From: an uncultured virus (IMG/VR IMGVR_UViG_3300025018_000154)
Taxonomy: Duplodnaviria > Heunggongvirae > Uroviricota > Caudoviricetes
Strand: one strand, 5' to 3'
Length of the DNA stretch: 64,000 nucleotides
IMG/VR virus record: IMGVR_UViG_3300025018_000154
Positions 20,984-31,303 of this stretch are shown in pieces (the first letter of the stretch is position 1; the number at the start of each line of letters is the position of its first letter). A program made the position numbers and the translations under genes. The notes below the pieces were generated by a model that saw only the letters and a list, made by a program, of their open reading frames with translations, was not told the DNA's origin and ran no database searches.

Positions 20984-21496
20984 ATGCCCCTTGCAAACCC
21001 CATCCGCCTCGAAGTCCACAAGCGAATGACCAACGTGCTGAAGACGATCAGCATTGCGAACGGGTATGCGACGGACCTCAACGGCAACGTGTTCCGGGGC
21101 CGGATCGTCTTCGGGTCGGAGACGCCGATCCCGTCGCTGGCGATCCTCGAAGTCCCCATCCCCCTCGACCAGCTTCCGCCACCTTCCGCGTCGCCCACCG
21201 TCTCCGGGCCGTGGGAGCTTATGATCCAAGGCTGGGTCAACGATGATCGGGAGAACCCGACGGACCCGGCGCACCTGCTTATGGCGGACGTGAAGCGGTG
21301 CCTTGCAAAAGAGCGCAAGCGCATGGACTGGGACAAGCCCGAGGATGGAATCTTCGGCCTTGGCCGGAATGTCACGGAGATGTATATCGGAGCTGGGGTT
21401 GTCCGACCGCCTGAAGAGGTTTCTGCGAAAGCCTATTTTTGGCTGACTGTCACGCTGGACTTGGTGGAAAACTTGGAAGACCCTTACGAAGAGTGA
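20984..21496 (+). CDS. Tail terminator protein
   Basis: ISIANGYATDL..VFRGR; precedes the tail tube gene. Confidence 0.65.
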   Translation: MPLANPIRLEVHKRMTNVLKTISIANGYATDLNGNVFRGRIVFGSETPIPSLAILEVPIPLDQLPPPSASPTVSGPWELMIQGWVNDDRENPTDPAHLLMADVKRCLAKERKRMDWDKPEDGIFGLGRNVTEMYIGAGVVRPPEEVSAKAYFWLTVTLDLVENLEDPYEE

Positions 21497-21524
21497 ACGC
21501 AGGAGCCACTGAAAGGAACACGAC

Positions 21525-22310
21525 ATGGCAAAGCAAAACTATACCCTCGGCCGAGGCAAGGTCTACATCTCGCGCTACGTGAACGGCGTCGCAGATGGGG
21601 CCTACCGCTATATCGGCAACACGCCCGAGTTCTCGCTGAACATCGAATCCCAGACGCTGGACCACTACAGCTCGGACGAGGGCATCCGCGAGAAGGATGA
21701 TTCGGTGCTGCTGGAAGTCAACCGCACCGGCTCGATGACCACGGACAACATCGACCCCGGCAACGTGGCGCTGTTCTTCTTCGGTTCGGAGAGCACCGTT
21801 GCGCAGGCTTCGGTCGTATCGTCCACCGAGACCCTGACCGGGATCGAGGCGGGCCACTCCTACAAGCTGGGCGTCACCGCATCCAACCCGGCGGGCTACT
21901 TCGGCATCGACGAGACGGGCTTCGCGGTTGCCGTCGCCCCCGGCGGCACGCCGCTGGTCGTGGACGAAGACTACACCATCGACTACGACAACGGCATGAT
22001 CCACTTCATCGACACGTCCACCATCGCGGTTGACGGCGAAAACATCGAAGTGACCTATGCCGTCGCGGCCAGCTCGCGGTCCCGCGTCATCTCCGGCTCC
22101 GAGCCGGTCGAGTGCGCGATCCGCTACGTCACGAAGAACCCGAAGGGGGACAACTGCCAGTTCTTCTTCCCCTACGTGAAGCTGACGCCGAACGGCGACT
22201 ACGCCCTGAAGGGCGACGAGTGGCAGCAGATTCCGCTCTCGATGGAAATCCTCAAGCCCACGGGCGCAGAGGCGATCTACCGGGACGGCAAGCCCGCCCT
22301 CGTGGTCTGA
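21525..22310 (+). CDS. Major tail tube protein
   Basis: YTLGRGKVY, YIGNTPEFSL, LTPNGDYALKGDEW. Confidence 0.85.
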   Translation: MAKQNYTLGRGKVYISRYVNGVADGAYRYIGNTPEFSLNIESQTLDHYSSDEGIREKDDSVLLEVNRTGSMTTDNIDPGNVALFFFGSESTVAQASVVSSTETLTGIEAGHSYKLGVTASNPAGYFGIDETGFAVAVAPGGTPLVVDEDYTIDYDNGMIHFIDTSTIAVDGENIEVTYAVAASSRSRVISGSEPVECAIRYVTKNPKGDNCQFFFPYVKLTPNGDYALKGDEWQQIPLSMEILKPTGAEAIYRDGKPALVV

Positions 22311-22378
22311 TAACCGGGTGGGGGCTTCGGCCCCCACACCGACCTCTCCCCCTCCCCCGCTGACCAAAGGAAACCACT

Positions 22379-22852
22379 ATGGGAAAACTGAAATCCATCC
22401 GCATCCGGCGCGAGCCAGTCGAACTCTCCGACGGCCAGAGCTTCGATGTCCGGGCCGCGTCCACGAACGACCTCATGATGCTTGTGGCCGAGCACGGCTC
22501 GACCCTCGGCATCCTGTTCGCCAGGCTGCAAAGCGGCCGCAGCGAGCCCGGGTCGCTCTCGACCGACATGGTGCGGCAACTCATATTCGACCTTGCCCGG
22601 GAGTTCCCCTCCATCGCGGCCGAGGTCATCGCACTGGCGTCTGATTCTTATGACGCAGAGGGCATCGCTATGGCCCGCGATCTGCCGATCACGGTGCAGG
22701 TCGATGCCATCGAGAAGGTCTTCCGACTCACCTTCGCCTCGGAGGGCGAGGTAAAAAAGTTCGTCGAGTCCCTGACCCGGATGCTGGTGGGGGTCTCTGG
22801 GGCTCTGACGAACAAAGCGGGCCTACCTTCGCAGAATGGTATTGGGGACTAA
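22379..22852 (+). CDS. Tail assembly chaperone (G)
   Basis: Between tail tube and tape measure genes; contains a slippery heptamer. Confidence 0.8.
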   Translation: MGKLKSIRIRREPVELSDGQSFDVRAASTNDLMMLVAEHGSTLGILFARLQSGRSEPGSLSTDMVRQLIFDLAREFPSIAAEVIALASDSYDAEGIAMARDLPITVQVDAIEKVFRLTFASEGEVKKFVESLTRMLVGVSGALTNKAGLPSQNGIGD

Positions 22853-23130
22853 GAAGGCAGGCGAATCTCTGTTTGAGCCACAACCACCTGCACGCCTTCG
22901 ACTACCCCCTTGGCCGGTTGGCCGACGAGGCGGCGTTCATTGTGTCTCGGGAGAATGGCCGGATCACGACCGAGGCAAACCTGCTTCAGCTCTGCGTGGC
23001 GGGAATCCTATCGCCAAAAGCGCGCACTGCGTTTACAAAGCAGATAGAAGCCCTCGCAATCGAGACCAAGCCGATCAACGGACTGTTGGGAGAGAGCGCG
23101 GAAAACACGGGGCTCTTCGACGAAGAATAG
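22753..23130 (+). CDS. Tail chaperone frameshift extension (GT), reached by -1 shift at A AAA AAG (22753-22759)
   Basis: Heptamer is in the correct phase; the -1 frame is open from the site to TAG 23130. Confidence 0.8.
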   Translation, partial: KKVRRVPDPDAGGGLWGSDEQSGPTFAEWYWGLRRQANLCLSHNHLHAFDYPLGRLADEAAFIVSRENGRITTEANLLQLCVAGILSPKARTAFTKQIEALAIETKPINGLLGESAENTGLFDEE

Positions 23131-23140
23131 GGAGCTGCCG

Positions 23141-26100
23141 ATGGCACGGAAAGATGTAGACCTCGTAATCCGTGCCAAGGACGAAGCCGAGAACGTCGTC
23201 AAGAGTATCACGAAGGCGCTCAACGGTTTCATCGACGCGCAGACCGGCCTTCAGGAAAAGGCCGATGGCACTGAAGGGGCCTTGCAAGGTCTCGGCGCTG
23301 CCATCGGCCAGCTCGACAAGAGCCTGAAGAGCCTCGACATCGGGGCCACGTTCACGCAGGACATGGACAAGGCGGCCGGTGCGGTCGCCCGGTTGGAGAA
23401 AGAGGTCGCCTCGTCGCAAGGCGAGTTTGCCCAGCTCGAACGCCGCGTGCGCAATGCCGAGACGGCGACCACCCGATACCAGCAGAAGCTCGACGGTGCG
23501 GCCGCTGCGCAGAACCGCCAGTCGCAGGCGGTTGCCCGGGCGAAGAAGGAAAGCAAGGAGCTGGCAGGGGCCTATGACCAGTCGGTCGCGGCCGTTGAAA
23601 AGCTCTCGGCCCGGTTCGACCGGCTGCCCCCCAAGATCATCAAGTCGCAGACGGCGTTCGAGAAGACGGCCGCCCGTGTTGGCGAGCTGCGCGAGCAGAT
23701 GGCCGCGACGACCAACCCCACGCGCACCCTGACCAACCAGCTCGCGGCGGCCGAGCGGAACCTGATCTCGCAGACCGAGAAGCTGACCAAGCTCCGGGCC
23801 GAATACAACGCGGTCGAAAGCGAGCTGCGTTCGGCCGGTTCGGCCGTGACCCTGTTTGCGGGTCAGTCTGAAGCTGCGGCCCGGAACCTCGCCCGGCAAG
23901 AAACGATCCTCGGGAAGATCAGCGGCAACCTGACCGGGCTCGGCACGCGGGCCAAGGCGGCCTCGGCCGACCAGTCCCGCCTCGAAGGCAATCTGGAAAA
24001 GACGAGCGGGGCGCTGGCCCGGCAGGTCGAACAGCTCGGCCGCGCCGAGGGGGCCTATGTCGAACTGGCGGAAGCTGCGGGTCGGTTCGATTCGGCCGTC
24101 GCCGCTTCGGCCAACGTGTCGCGGGGCAATCTCGAACAGCAGCTCGTCGAGCAGGGTATTGCGGCACGCAAGGCACGGGAAGAGTTCGAGAGACTCGACA
24201 AGGTGGCTTCCGCGTATTCTGCCACGATGTTGAAGGCAGGGCCGCCCACCCGGGAGGTCTCGCAGCGAATCCAGTTCCTCGCCCAGCGGGCCGACGAAGC
24301 CCAGATGTCCTTCATGCTTCAGGAAGAGACTCTTCAGCGGATGGGCAACGCCTACCGCGAAGTCTCGCAGGACATGCTCTCCGTCACCAACGGGCAAGCC
24401 CGCTTCATCGCGGCGCAGGAAAAGCTCGCAGCGTCCATGACGGAGGTAGCGAACGACGGGTTCCGCCAGCGTCAGGCGATCCGGGGCGTCCACCAAGCCG
24501 CAGACAGGGCCGCAGGCTCCGTTGCGAAGCTGGCGGGGGCCTCCCGGTCCCAAGCGGACGCAGCGCGCCGTGGAGCCACGGAGACGGGCCGTCTGGCCGA
24601 CGCTTACCGTCGCCTCTATGGGGACACCCGCCAGTCGCTCTCCTACACCCAGCGGCTCCGGGGTGAAGTCCTCTCGCTGATCGCGGCCTACGGCGGCTTC
24701 TACGGGGTGATCGAAGTCCTCCGGGGCGTTGTTGGCGCATACCAGACCCTCGAAGCGGCGCAGGCCCGCCTCAACGTCGCCCTCGAAGGGGACGTGGGGC
24801 AGGCGGCGCAGGAGATGGACTTCCTGCGGCGGACAGCCAACCGGCTCGGCGTGGACCTTGGAACGCTCGCGACCGAGTATTCCAAGTTCGCCATTGCCAC
24901 GCAGGGCACGAACCTCGCGGGGCAGAACACCCGCCGAATCTTCATCTCGGTAGCCGAGGCCGCCCGGGTCAACCGCTCGACGACTGAAGAGATGTCCGGG
25001 GTCTTCACGGCCCTGACCCAGATCGTGTCGAAGGGCGCGGTCCAGATGGAAGAGCTGCGGCAACAGCTCGGGGACCGTCTGCCGGGTGCGATTCAGATCA
25101 TGGCCGACGGCCTCGGCGTCACGACGGCCGAGCTTATCAAGATGATGGAGGCCGGGGAGGTCACGGCCGACGCCCTCGTGCCCTTCTCCGAGGAACTGTC
25201 CCGCCGGTTCGGCCCCGGCCTCGCTGACGCGCTGGCCGGAACGTCGGTTGCTCTCGGCCGCCTGAAGAACGCCGCCTTCCAAGCTCTTGTCCAGTTCGGG
25301 GAAGGGGGCTTCATCGCGGCCTTCACCGATCTGGCGAACAAGCTGACGACGCTGCTTCAGGACGCGGACTTCGAGGCGTTCCTTGGTCGGGCGTCTGCGG
25401 CCTTTGCCGTCCTGATCGACACGCTCGGCGTGCTGGCGGACAACTTCGATCTGGTGGTCGCTGCGATCACCGGCTTCCTCGGGCTGAAGCTGACCCCGCT
25501 GCTCGTGGCGATGGTCGCGCAGTTTGCCAAGCTCCCGGCCATGTTGGCTGGCGCGGCAGTCGGGATGCGCGCCTTCGCCGCCGGGACGGCCACGGCGTCT
25601 GCGACGGCCGGTGCTGCTGCGGCAAGCGTGGGTCGCCTGACCCTCGCGATCCGGGCGCTCATGTCGTCCACCGGGATCGGCCTGCTGGTCACGGCCGTCT
25701 CCGTTGGTATCGGCCTCTGGGCCACCCGGGCGGACGAGGCGACTGAAGCCCTCAACACCCACCAGAAGATTGTCGATGAAGTCCGCAACGCCTACGACGC
25801 CGTGGGCGGCTCGGTCGAGGACTGGCGCAACCAGCTCAACGACCTGACGGCTACCGAGGCGCAGGCGAACCTCAACCGGATCGAAGAAGCGGTGCGGTCT
25901 CTCGAAGACACGCTCGACTCCACGTCCAGCGGCACCGAGGACTTCTGGACCAACTTCTTTGGCTACAACCTCCGCGCCTCGGTTCGCAATGTGCCCGGCG
26001 AGCTGCGCGACGAGATCGAGCGGCTTTCGCAGGAGTTCTCGAACGGCAACTCGTCGGCCGAAGAGTTCTACGACGCCGTGGACGAGGCGGTCGAACGGCT

Positions 26101-28204
26101 GGGCGAAGGTTCCGACGAATCCACCGAGTTCGCAGAGCGGGTGATCCAAGCGGCTCGGGCTCTCGAAGAGGCGAGGGACTCGGCAGAGGAAGCCGGGAAT
26201 ATCGTGCGCGCTCTGGGTGATGATACCGAAGACGCGCAGGCCGCTTTTGACGACCTCGGGAACTCTGCGGAAGAGGCGGGCCGTAGCATCGAAGAGGTCG
26301 CGGCCGAGAAGTCTGCTGCCTTCACCGCTGCGATGCGCGAGATGGCCGAGGGCATCGAGTCGGTCAACCGCGAGCTGGAATACATCGAAGCCTCGCAGGC
26401 TCTCGAAGAGCTGGGTCGTCAAGCCATCGAAAACGCCCAGAGCGCGGACGAGCTGGCGGCGGCTCTGGGCCGCGTGGCTGCCGCGCAGGATGCCCTCGAC
26501 GTGGAGTATGGCAACAGCGTCGCCGGGATGGCTCGGGGCGACACGGGAACCGAAGCTGCGGCCTCCCTGCTGCGCCAGTTCGAGGGCTTCCGCGAGACCC
26601 CGTATTGGGACGTGAACGCCTACCGCACGGGCTACGGTTCGGATACTATCACCCTGTCCGACGGCACGATCCAGCGCGTCACGCAGGGGATGCGCGTCTC
26701 GGTGGCCGATGCCAACCGCGATCTGATCCGCCGGATCGAAACCGAGTTCGGCCCCATTGCGCGGCAGGCCGCCGGGGGCAGCCGGTTCGACACGTTCAAC
26801 CCGCAGCAACAAGCGGCGTTGATCTCCATCGCCTACAACTACGGGGAAATCCCTGACCGGATCGCGGAAGCGGTTCGCTCCGGCACGAACCAAGAGATCG
26901 CCCAAGCCATCCGCTCGCTTGGCGGCGACAACGACGGCGTAAACCGGGGCCGCCGGAATCAGGAAGCTGGGCTCTTTGTCGCGACCGACCCTTACGAGGA
27001 TGCCGCGCGCCGGGGGATGGAAGCGGACGAGCGCCGGGCCGAAGAGCAGCGCCGCCTCGCGGAAGAGGAAGAGCGCCGGGCAGCTCGGGCACAGGAGGCC
27101 ACGGACGAGCGGCTGGCAGACGGTCAGTTCGAGCTTGAACAGCAGCGCCTTATCAACGCCGAGCGTGGGCGTGAAGCCGCGATCCGGGAAGCCGTGCGGG
27201 ACGCCCGCCGGGAAGACCCGGACATCTCCGAGGCGGAACTGGCGACTATCCGGGAACAAGCTGGTGCCCTCTACGATCTGGAAACCGCGCAGGATCGCGT
27301 CAACGCGGGCAAGGAGCGTGCGCAGGAAGCCGAAGAGCGGGTCAACCAACTGCTGACCCAGCGCAACGCTCTGGAAGAGCAGTTCCGCATCGCCCAAGAG
27401 TCCGGCGACACGGAGCTGGCCGAAGAGCTGCGCGTCCGCATGTCCGAGGTCAACGCGGAGATGATGGCCGCCATCGACACGGCCCGGCAGCTCTGGGAAG
27501 CCGTCGGTGGGGCTGACGCCGAGACCGCCATTGCGCAGCTCGACGCGGCCACGGCCAGCGCCCGTCGGTTCGGTCAGGAAGCCACGAAGAACTACCTCGA
27601 CTGGTCGCGCGTCGGAGACCTCTTCATCAACGGTCTGACCGGAGCCTTCGACAAGTTCGCGCAGGCCGTGGCAAACGGCGAGGACGCCGGGCAGGCTGCC
27701 CGTGAAGCGTTCCTTCAGTTCGCCTCGGACTTCCTGCTTCAGATCGCCAAGATGATCGTCCAGCAGGCGATCCTCAACGCCCTGAAGGCCGCCTTTGGGG
27801 GCACCGGCTTCGGCGCGCTGATCGGCATCGGCGCGGGCCACACGGGCGGCGTCGTGGGCAGCTCTCGGGTGGGCTCTGGCAACCAGACCCGCTCGGTGAA
27901 CCCGGCCGTCTTCGCAGGGGCCATGCGCTACCACACGGGCGGCATGATCGGTCTGCGGCCGGGCGAGGTTCCCATCATTGCGAAGCAAGGCGAAGAGATG
28001 CTGACCCGGGACGACCCGCGCCACGCGCTCAACGGTGGGGCAACCCCGTCGGCTCCGGCTCGTGGCGGCAACACGCGCGTCGTCAACGCTTTCGACGGCA
28101 CGTCCTTCCTCGAAGAAGCCCTGAAGACCCGGGCCGGAGAGGAAGTCCTTCTCAACTACGTGTCGGCCAACCGCTCGTCCGTCCGTTCCGCGCTGGGGGT
28201 CTGA
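23141..28204 (+). CDS. Tape measure protein with embedded lysozyme-like domain
   Basis: 1687 aa, Ala-rich; KGAVQMEELRQQLGDRLPG tape-measure motif; FEGFRETPYWD..TGYG near 26570. Confidence 0.92.
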   Translation: MARKDVDLVIRAKDEAENVVKSITKALNGFIDAQTGLQEKADGTEGALQGLGAAIGQLDKSLKSLDIGATFTQDMDKAAGAVARLEKEVASSQGEFAQLERRVRNAETATTRYQQKLDGAAAAQNRQSQAVARAKKESKELAGAYDQSVAAVEKLSARFDRLPPKIIKSQTAFEKTAARVGELREQMAATTNPTRTLTNQLAAAERNLISQTEKLTKLRAEYNAVESELRSAGSAVTLFAGQSEAAARNLARQETILGKISGNLTGLGTRAKAASADQSRLEGNLEKTSGALARQVEQLGRAEGAYVELAEAAGRFDSAVAASANVSRGNLEQQLVEQGIAARKAREEFERLDKVASAYSATMLKAGPPTREVSQRIQFLAQRADEAQMSFMLQEETLQRMGNAYREVSQDMLSVTNGQARFIAAQEKLAASMTEVANDGFRQRQAIRGVHQAADRAAGSVAKLAGASRSQADAARRGATETGRLADAYRRLYGDTRQSLSYTQRLRGEVLSLIAAYGGFYGVIEVLRGVVGAYQTLEAAQARLNVALEGDVGQAAQEMDFLRRTANRLGVDLGTLATEYSKFAIATQGTNLAGQNTRRIFISVAEAARVNRSTTEEMSGVFTALTQIVSKGAVQMEELRQQLGDRLPGAIQIMADGLGVTTAELIKMMEAGEVTADALVPFSEELSRRFGPGLADALAGTSVALGRLKNAAFQALVQFGEGGFIAAFTDLANKLTTLLQDADFEAFLGRASAAFAVLIDTLGVLADNFDLVVAAITGFLGLKLTPLLVAMVAQFAKLPAMLAGAAVGMRAFAAGTATASATAGAAAASVGRLTLAIRALMSSTGIGLLVTAVSVGIGLWATRADEATEALNTHQKIVDEVRNAYDAVGGSVEDWRNQLNDLTATEAQANLNRIEEAVRSLEDTLDSTSSGTEDFWTNFFGYNLRASVRNVPGELRDEIERLSQEFSNGNSSAEEFYDAVDEAVERLGEGSDESTEFAERVIQAARALEEARDSAEEAGNIVRALGDDTEDAQAAFDDLGNSAEEAGRSIEEVAAEKSAAFTAAMREMAEGIESVNRELEYIEASQALEELGRQAIENAQSADELAAALGRVAAAQDALDVEYGNSVAGMARGDTGTEAAASLLRQFEGFRETPYWDVNAYRTGYGSDTITLSDGTIQRVTQGMRVSVADANRDLIRRIETEFGPIARQAAGGSRFDTFNPQQQAALISIAYNYGEIPDRIAEAVRSGTNQEIAQAIRSLGGDNDGVNRGRRNQEAGLFVATDPYEDAARRGMEADERRAEEQRRLAEEEERRAARAQEATDERLADGQFELEQQRLINAERGREAAIREAVRDARREDPDISEAELATIREQAGALYDLETAQDRVNAGKERAQEAEERVNQLLTQRNALEEQFRIAQESGDTELAEELRVRMSEVNAEMMAAIDTARQLWEAVGGADAETAIAQLDAATASARRFGQEATKNYLDWSRVGDLFINGLTGAFDKFAQAVANGEDAGQAAREAFLQFASDFLLQIAKMIVQQAILNALKAAFGGTGFGALIGIGAGHTGGVVGSSRVGSGNQTRSVNPAVFAGAMRYHTGGMIGLRPGEVPIIAKQGEEMLTRDDPRHALNGGATPSAPARGGNTRVVNAFDGTSFLEEALKTRAGEEVLLNYVSANRSSVRSALGV

Positions 28205-28205
28205 C

Positions 28206-29996
28206 ATGGCGAAGAAGGCGATCTTCATCTCGCTCGACAACTCGGGCTCTATGGCCGGTGCGAAAGCTGCCGCCCTGCGCATGTCCATGATCCAGCTCCT
28301 TGACGGGTTCTCGGACTTCATCGACACGCCCGGCAACACGCTCGATCTCGGCCTCTGCGTCTGGTCTGACACGGCCGAGACTCGCGTGTGGCGGTCGATC
28401 TCCCGGGCAGGTCTTGGCGGTGCGGTCTCGTGGCTGGACAGGTTGACCGGCGACGGCGGCGGCACGAACTTCGCGGCCTTCGCGCCTTCGGCCTTGACCT
28501 TCTTCGAGGAAACGCTGGGCACGACCTACGCTGACCGCTCGATGATCTTCTTGACCGACGGGGAGCCCACCCCCCTGTCTACGGCCGACACGGCAGCGGC
28601 CACGCTGGCGGACGTGCTGGACACGTCCACGGCCCCCTTCACGACGCTCAACGGCACGGCGGTCAACTGCTACGCGGCGAACATCGAAGTCGGCACGACC
28701 ACGCACACGGCCAAGCTCGACAACACGGGCGCAGACGGGGTTCCGGTGATCTCTGGGAGCACACGCGCCCTGACTGCCTACCTGAAGGCCGTGACGCTGC
28801 CGACGCCCTCCCACCGGCTTTGGGGCTGGCCGATCCAATGGTCGAACGGCTACGAGGAAGAGCTGGCGTTCCGCACCGAGATCATTGTCAGCCGGGACGG
28901 CCACGAACAACGGATCGGGCAGCGAATCAACCCGCGAACGAACTACGATTTTTCCTCCGTCCTGCGCGGCGAGAACTTCCGCTCGGCCTTGACCCGGATC
29001 AGCAAGAACCAAGGCGGGAAGTTCTTCATCCCGCACCCCCGGGAGCCGGTCGTGCTGGCCTCTATCCTGTCCAGCGTCGGGCTCTCGTTCACCATGCAGG
29101 GGGCGACGCCCGACTGGCTCGTGCCCGGCGTCTACATCATCCTGCAAGGCCGAGACGGCAAGACCGCGCTCGGCGTGGTGATCGGCATCTCCGGCTCGCA
29201 GGTGAACCTCGCGGCGGCCGTCGGCCAGACCTTCCCCGTGGGGAGTCAGGCTCGCCTCGCTTTCGAGGGCCGGTTCGACGGGGCGACCGAGTTCAACGTC
29301 CTGACCAGCGACCGGGCCACGGTGCAGACGCAGTTCACGGGAGACCCGGTGGACACGCCGCACCCGACCTTTGGTGCGGCCCCGGTAACGCTGGACGGCG
29401 TGGAGTTCTTCGACATGCGGCCGAACTGGCGGCGCGGCGTGGAGCTTTCGGTCGAGCAGCAGATCGAGCTTCTGGACCTCAACCGGGGGGCCATTGACGC
29501 GCTGTTCCCGATCACCTTCTCACCGCGCACGCTGAAGCTCAACTTTGCCGCTCGCAACATGACGGAACTCGACCGCATCCTCGGTCTGTTCTACCGATCC
29601 AGCGGCCGCAGGAAGCGGTTCTTCATGCCGCTCTGGACTGACGAGATCAGGCCCCTCGGCTTGACCCTCTCCGGCCAGAGCGTCGTCACCGTGCCCGGCT
29701 CTGACTTCGCCTCGGCCTATGGGGCGGACCTCGCCTACAAGCGCATCCTCGTGCGCCGCCGAGGGGTCTTGGCCGACCTCTACCTTACCGTGGAATCGGT
29801 CACTCTGGACGGGGCGGGGAACTCGGCCATAAACCTTGCCGACCCGGCACCCGACGACATCATCCCGCAGGAGATCACAAGCATGAACTGGATCATGCCT
29901 GTCCGATTCGCCAGTGACCGCCTGACGGTGGACTGGCTGACAGACGGTGTGGCCCAGATCACGATCTCCGTCACGACATTGGAGCACGAAGCATGA
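28206..29996 (+). CDS. Distal tail-like protein with N-terminal VWA domain
   Basis: LDNSGSM MIDAS, GGGTNF, FLTDG; C-terminal FRTEIIVSRDGHEQRI minor-tail pattern. Confidence 0.7.
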   Translation: MAKKAIFISLDNSGSMAGAKAAALRMSMIQLLDGFSDFIDTPGNTLDLGLCVWSDTAETRVWRSISRAGLGGAVSWLDRLTGDGGGTNFAAFAPSALTFFEETLGTTYADRSMIFLTDGEPTPLSTADTAAATLADVLDTSTAPFTTLNGTAVNCYAANIEVGTTTHTAKLDNTGADGVPVISGSTRALTAYLKAVTLPTPSHRLWGWPIQWSNGYEEELAFRTEIIVSRDGHEQRIGQRINPRTNYDFSSVLRGENFRSALTRISKNQGGKFFIPHPREPVVLASILSSVGLSFTMQGATPDWLVPGVYIILQGRDGKTALGVVIGISGSQVNLAAAVGQTFPVGSQARLAFEGRFDGATEFNVLTSDRATVQTQFTGDPVDTPHPTFGAAPVTLDGVEFFDMRPNWRRGVELSVEQQIELLDLNRGAIDALFPITFSPRTLKLNFAARNMTELDRILGLFYRSSGRRKRFFMPLWTDEIRPLGLTLSGQSVVTVPGSDFASAYGADLAYKRILVRRRGVLADLYLTVESVTLDGAGNSAINLADPAPDDIIPQEITSMNWIMPVRFASDRLTVDWLTDGVAQITISVTTLEHEA

Positions 29997-30841
29997 CCTA
30001 CGACGCCCGCGAGACAAGCCAACAAGACGGCCTCATGGCCTCCCTCTTCCTGATCGAATACGGCGAGACGGACAGCGCCTTCTTCGCCTACACGGACGCA
30101 GACCAAGCGATCACGTTTGGGGGCAAGACCTATCTGCCCACGACCATCGGCCGGGAGAAGATCGAGGCGGCCGGGAACAGTCTCGACAACACGACGCTTC
30201 GGATCGACATCACGCCGAACGCTTCCATCGTGACCATGTTCCGGGGGCGGCTCCCCTCGCACGCGATTCGCCTGACCATCTATCAGGGGCACGCGGATGA
30301 CCCGGACCTCGACTTCAAGGTGGTCTGGACTGGCCGGATAATCTCGGTTGCCCGGAAGACCAAGTTCGCGCAGATCGCAGCCGAGCCCGTCAGCACGTCG
30401 ATGCGTCGAGCCGGGCTGCGGCGGCACTACCAGTATGGTTGCCCGTGGGCGCTTTACGGGGACCAGTGCAAGGCGAATAAGGCTGCGGCGAGGGTCAACC
30501 CGCTCGCGGTCGATGTCGGCAAGAACTTCATCACCTTCGAGGCCGGATGGTTCAACGCTCTGCCGGTCGGCAAGTTCGTCGGCGGCTATGTGCAGTGGAC
30601 CGACAACGAGACGGACATCGTGCAGACCCGGACGATCCTGACGCTCGGTGCGACCAACACGCAGGTTATCGTCAACGGCGATGTCTTCGGGCTGGCGGCC
30701 GGGGAGCAGGTGCAGGCATATCTTGGGTGCAATCACCAGCTTTCCGATTGTGAGCATCTGCACCACAATGTAGTAAACTTCGGAGGGCAGCCTTGGATTC
30801 CCAAGGACAACCCGACGAAGCTGACCAACCAGTTCTATTGA
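29993..30841 (+). CDS. Tail hub protein (DUF2163/BR0599-like)
   Basis: YQYGCPWALYGDQC and GCNH..C..NFGGQPWIP Cys motifs. Confidence 0.85.
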   Translation: MTYDARETSQQDGLMASLFLIEYGETDSAFFAYTDADQAITFGGKTYLPTTIGREKIEAAGNSLDNTTLRIDITPNASIVTMFRGRLPSHAIRLTIYQGHADDPDLDFKVVWTGRIISVARKTKFAQIAAEPVSTSMRRAGLRRHYQYGCPWALYGDQCKANKAAARVNPLAVDVGKNFITFEAGWFNALPVGKFVGGYVQWTDNETDIVQTRTILTLGATNTQVIVNGDVFGLAAGEQVQAYLGCNHQLSDCEHLHHNVVNFGGQPWIPKDNPTKLTNQFY

Positions 30842-30854
30842 CGGAGGATGACAT

Positions 30855-31088
30855 ATGCCTTGGTGGTTCCTGATCCAGCTCGCTATCGGCGTCGCGCTCA
30901 TGGTCGTGGCATACGCCCTCGCACCCAAGCCCAAGCAGGCGAAACCTGCGGCATCGTCTGACCTCGAAGCCCCGACGGCGGAAGCGGGTCGGCCGATCCC
31001 CGTGATCTTCGGATCGCTGGAATTGAAGGGCGGCAACGTGATCGGCTTCTGGGACAAAGAGAAGCACGACTTCGAGATCACGGCATGA
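30855..31088 (+). CDS. Small tail assembly protein
   Basis: Hydrophobic N-terminus; PTAEAGRPIPVIFGS. Confidence 0.75.
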   Translation: MPWWFLIQLAIGVALMVVAYALAPKPKQAKPAASSDLEAPTAEAGRPIPVIFGSLELKGGNVIGFWDKEKHDFEITA

Positions 31089-31303
31089 CGACCACGCAGG
31101 ACATCGGGGACTTCATCGTCACCATCGGGGACGTTCGCAAGTCGGGGCATTGTGCTGCCGGGGCGCGGGAGTTCTTCGAGGCCAACAAACTCGACTTTCG
31201 TGCCTTTCTGCGCGACGGTGTGAAGGCAAGCACGCTCCTTGCGACCGGCGACGCCCGGGCCGAGCAGGTCGTGAACAGGACGAGGACTCGCCGCTATGGG
31301 TAA
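31085..31303 (+). CDS. Small tail assembly protein
   Basis: HCAAGAREFF..FLRDGV..LLATGD; translationally coupled. Confidence 0.7.
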   Translation: MTTTQDIGDFIVTIGDVRKSGHCAAGAREFFEANKLDFRAFLRDGVKASTLLATGDARAEQVVNRTRTRRYG

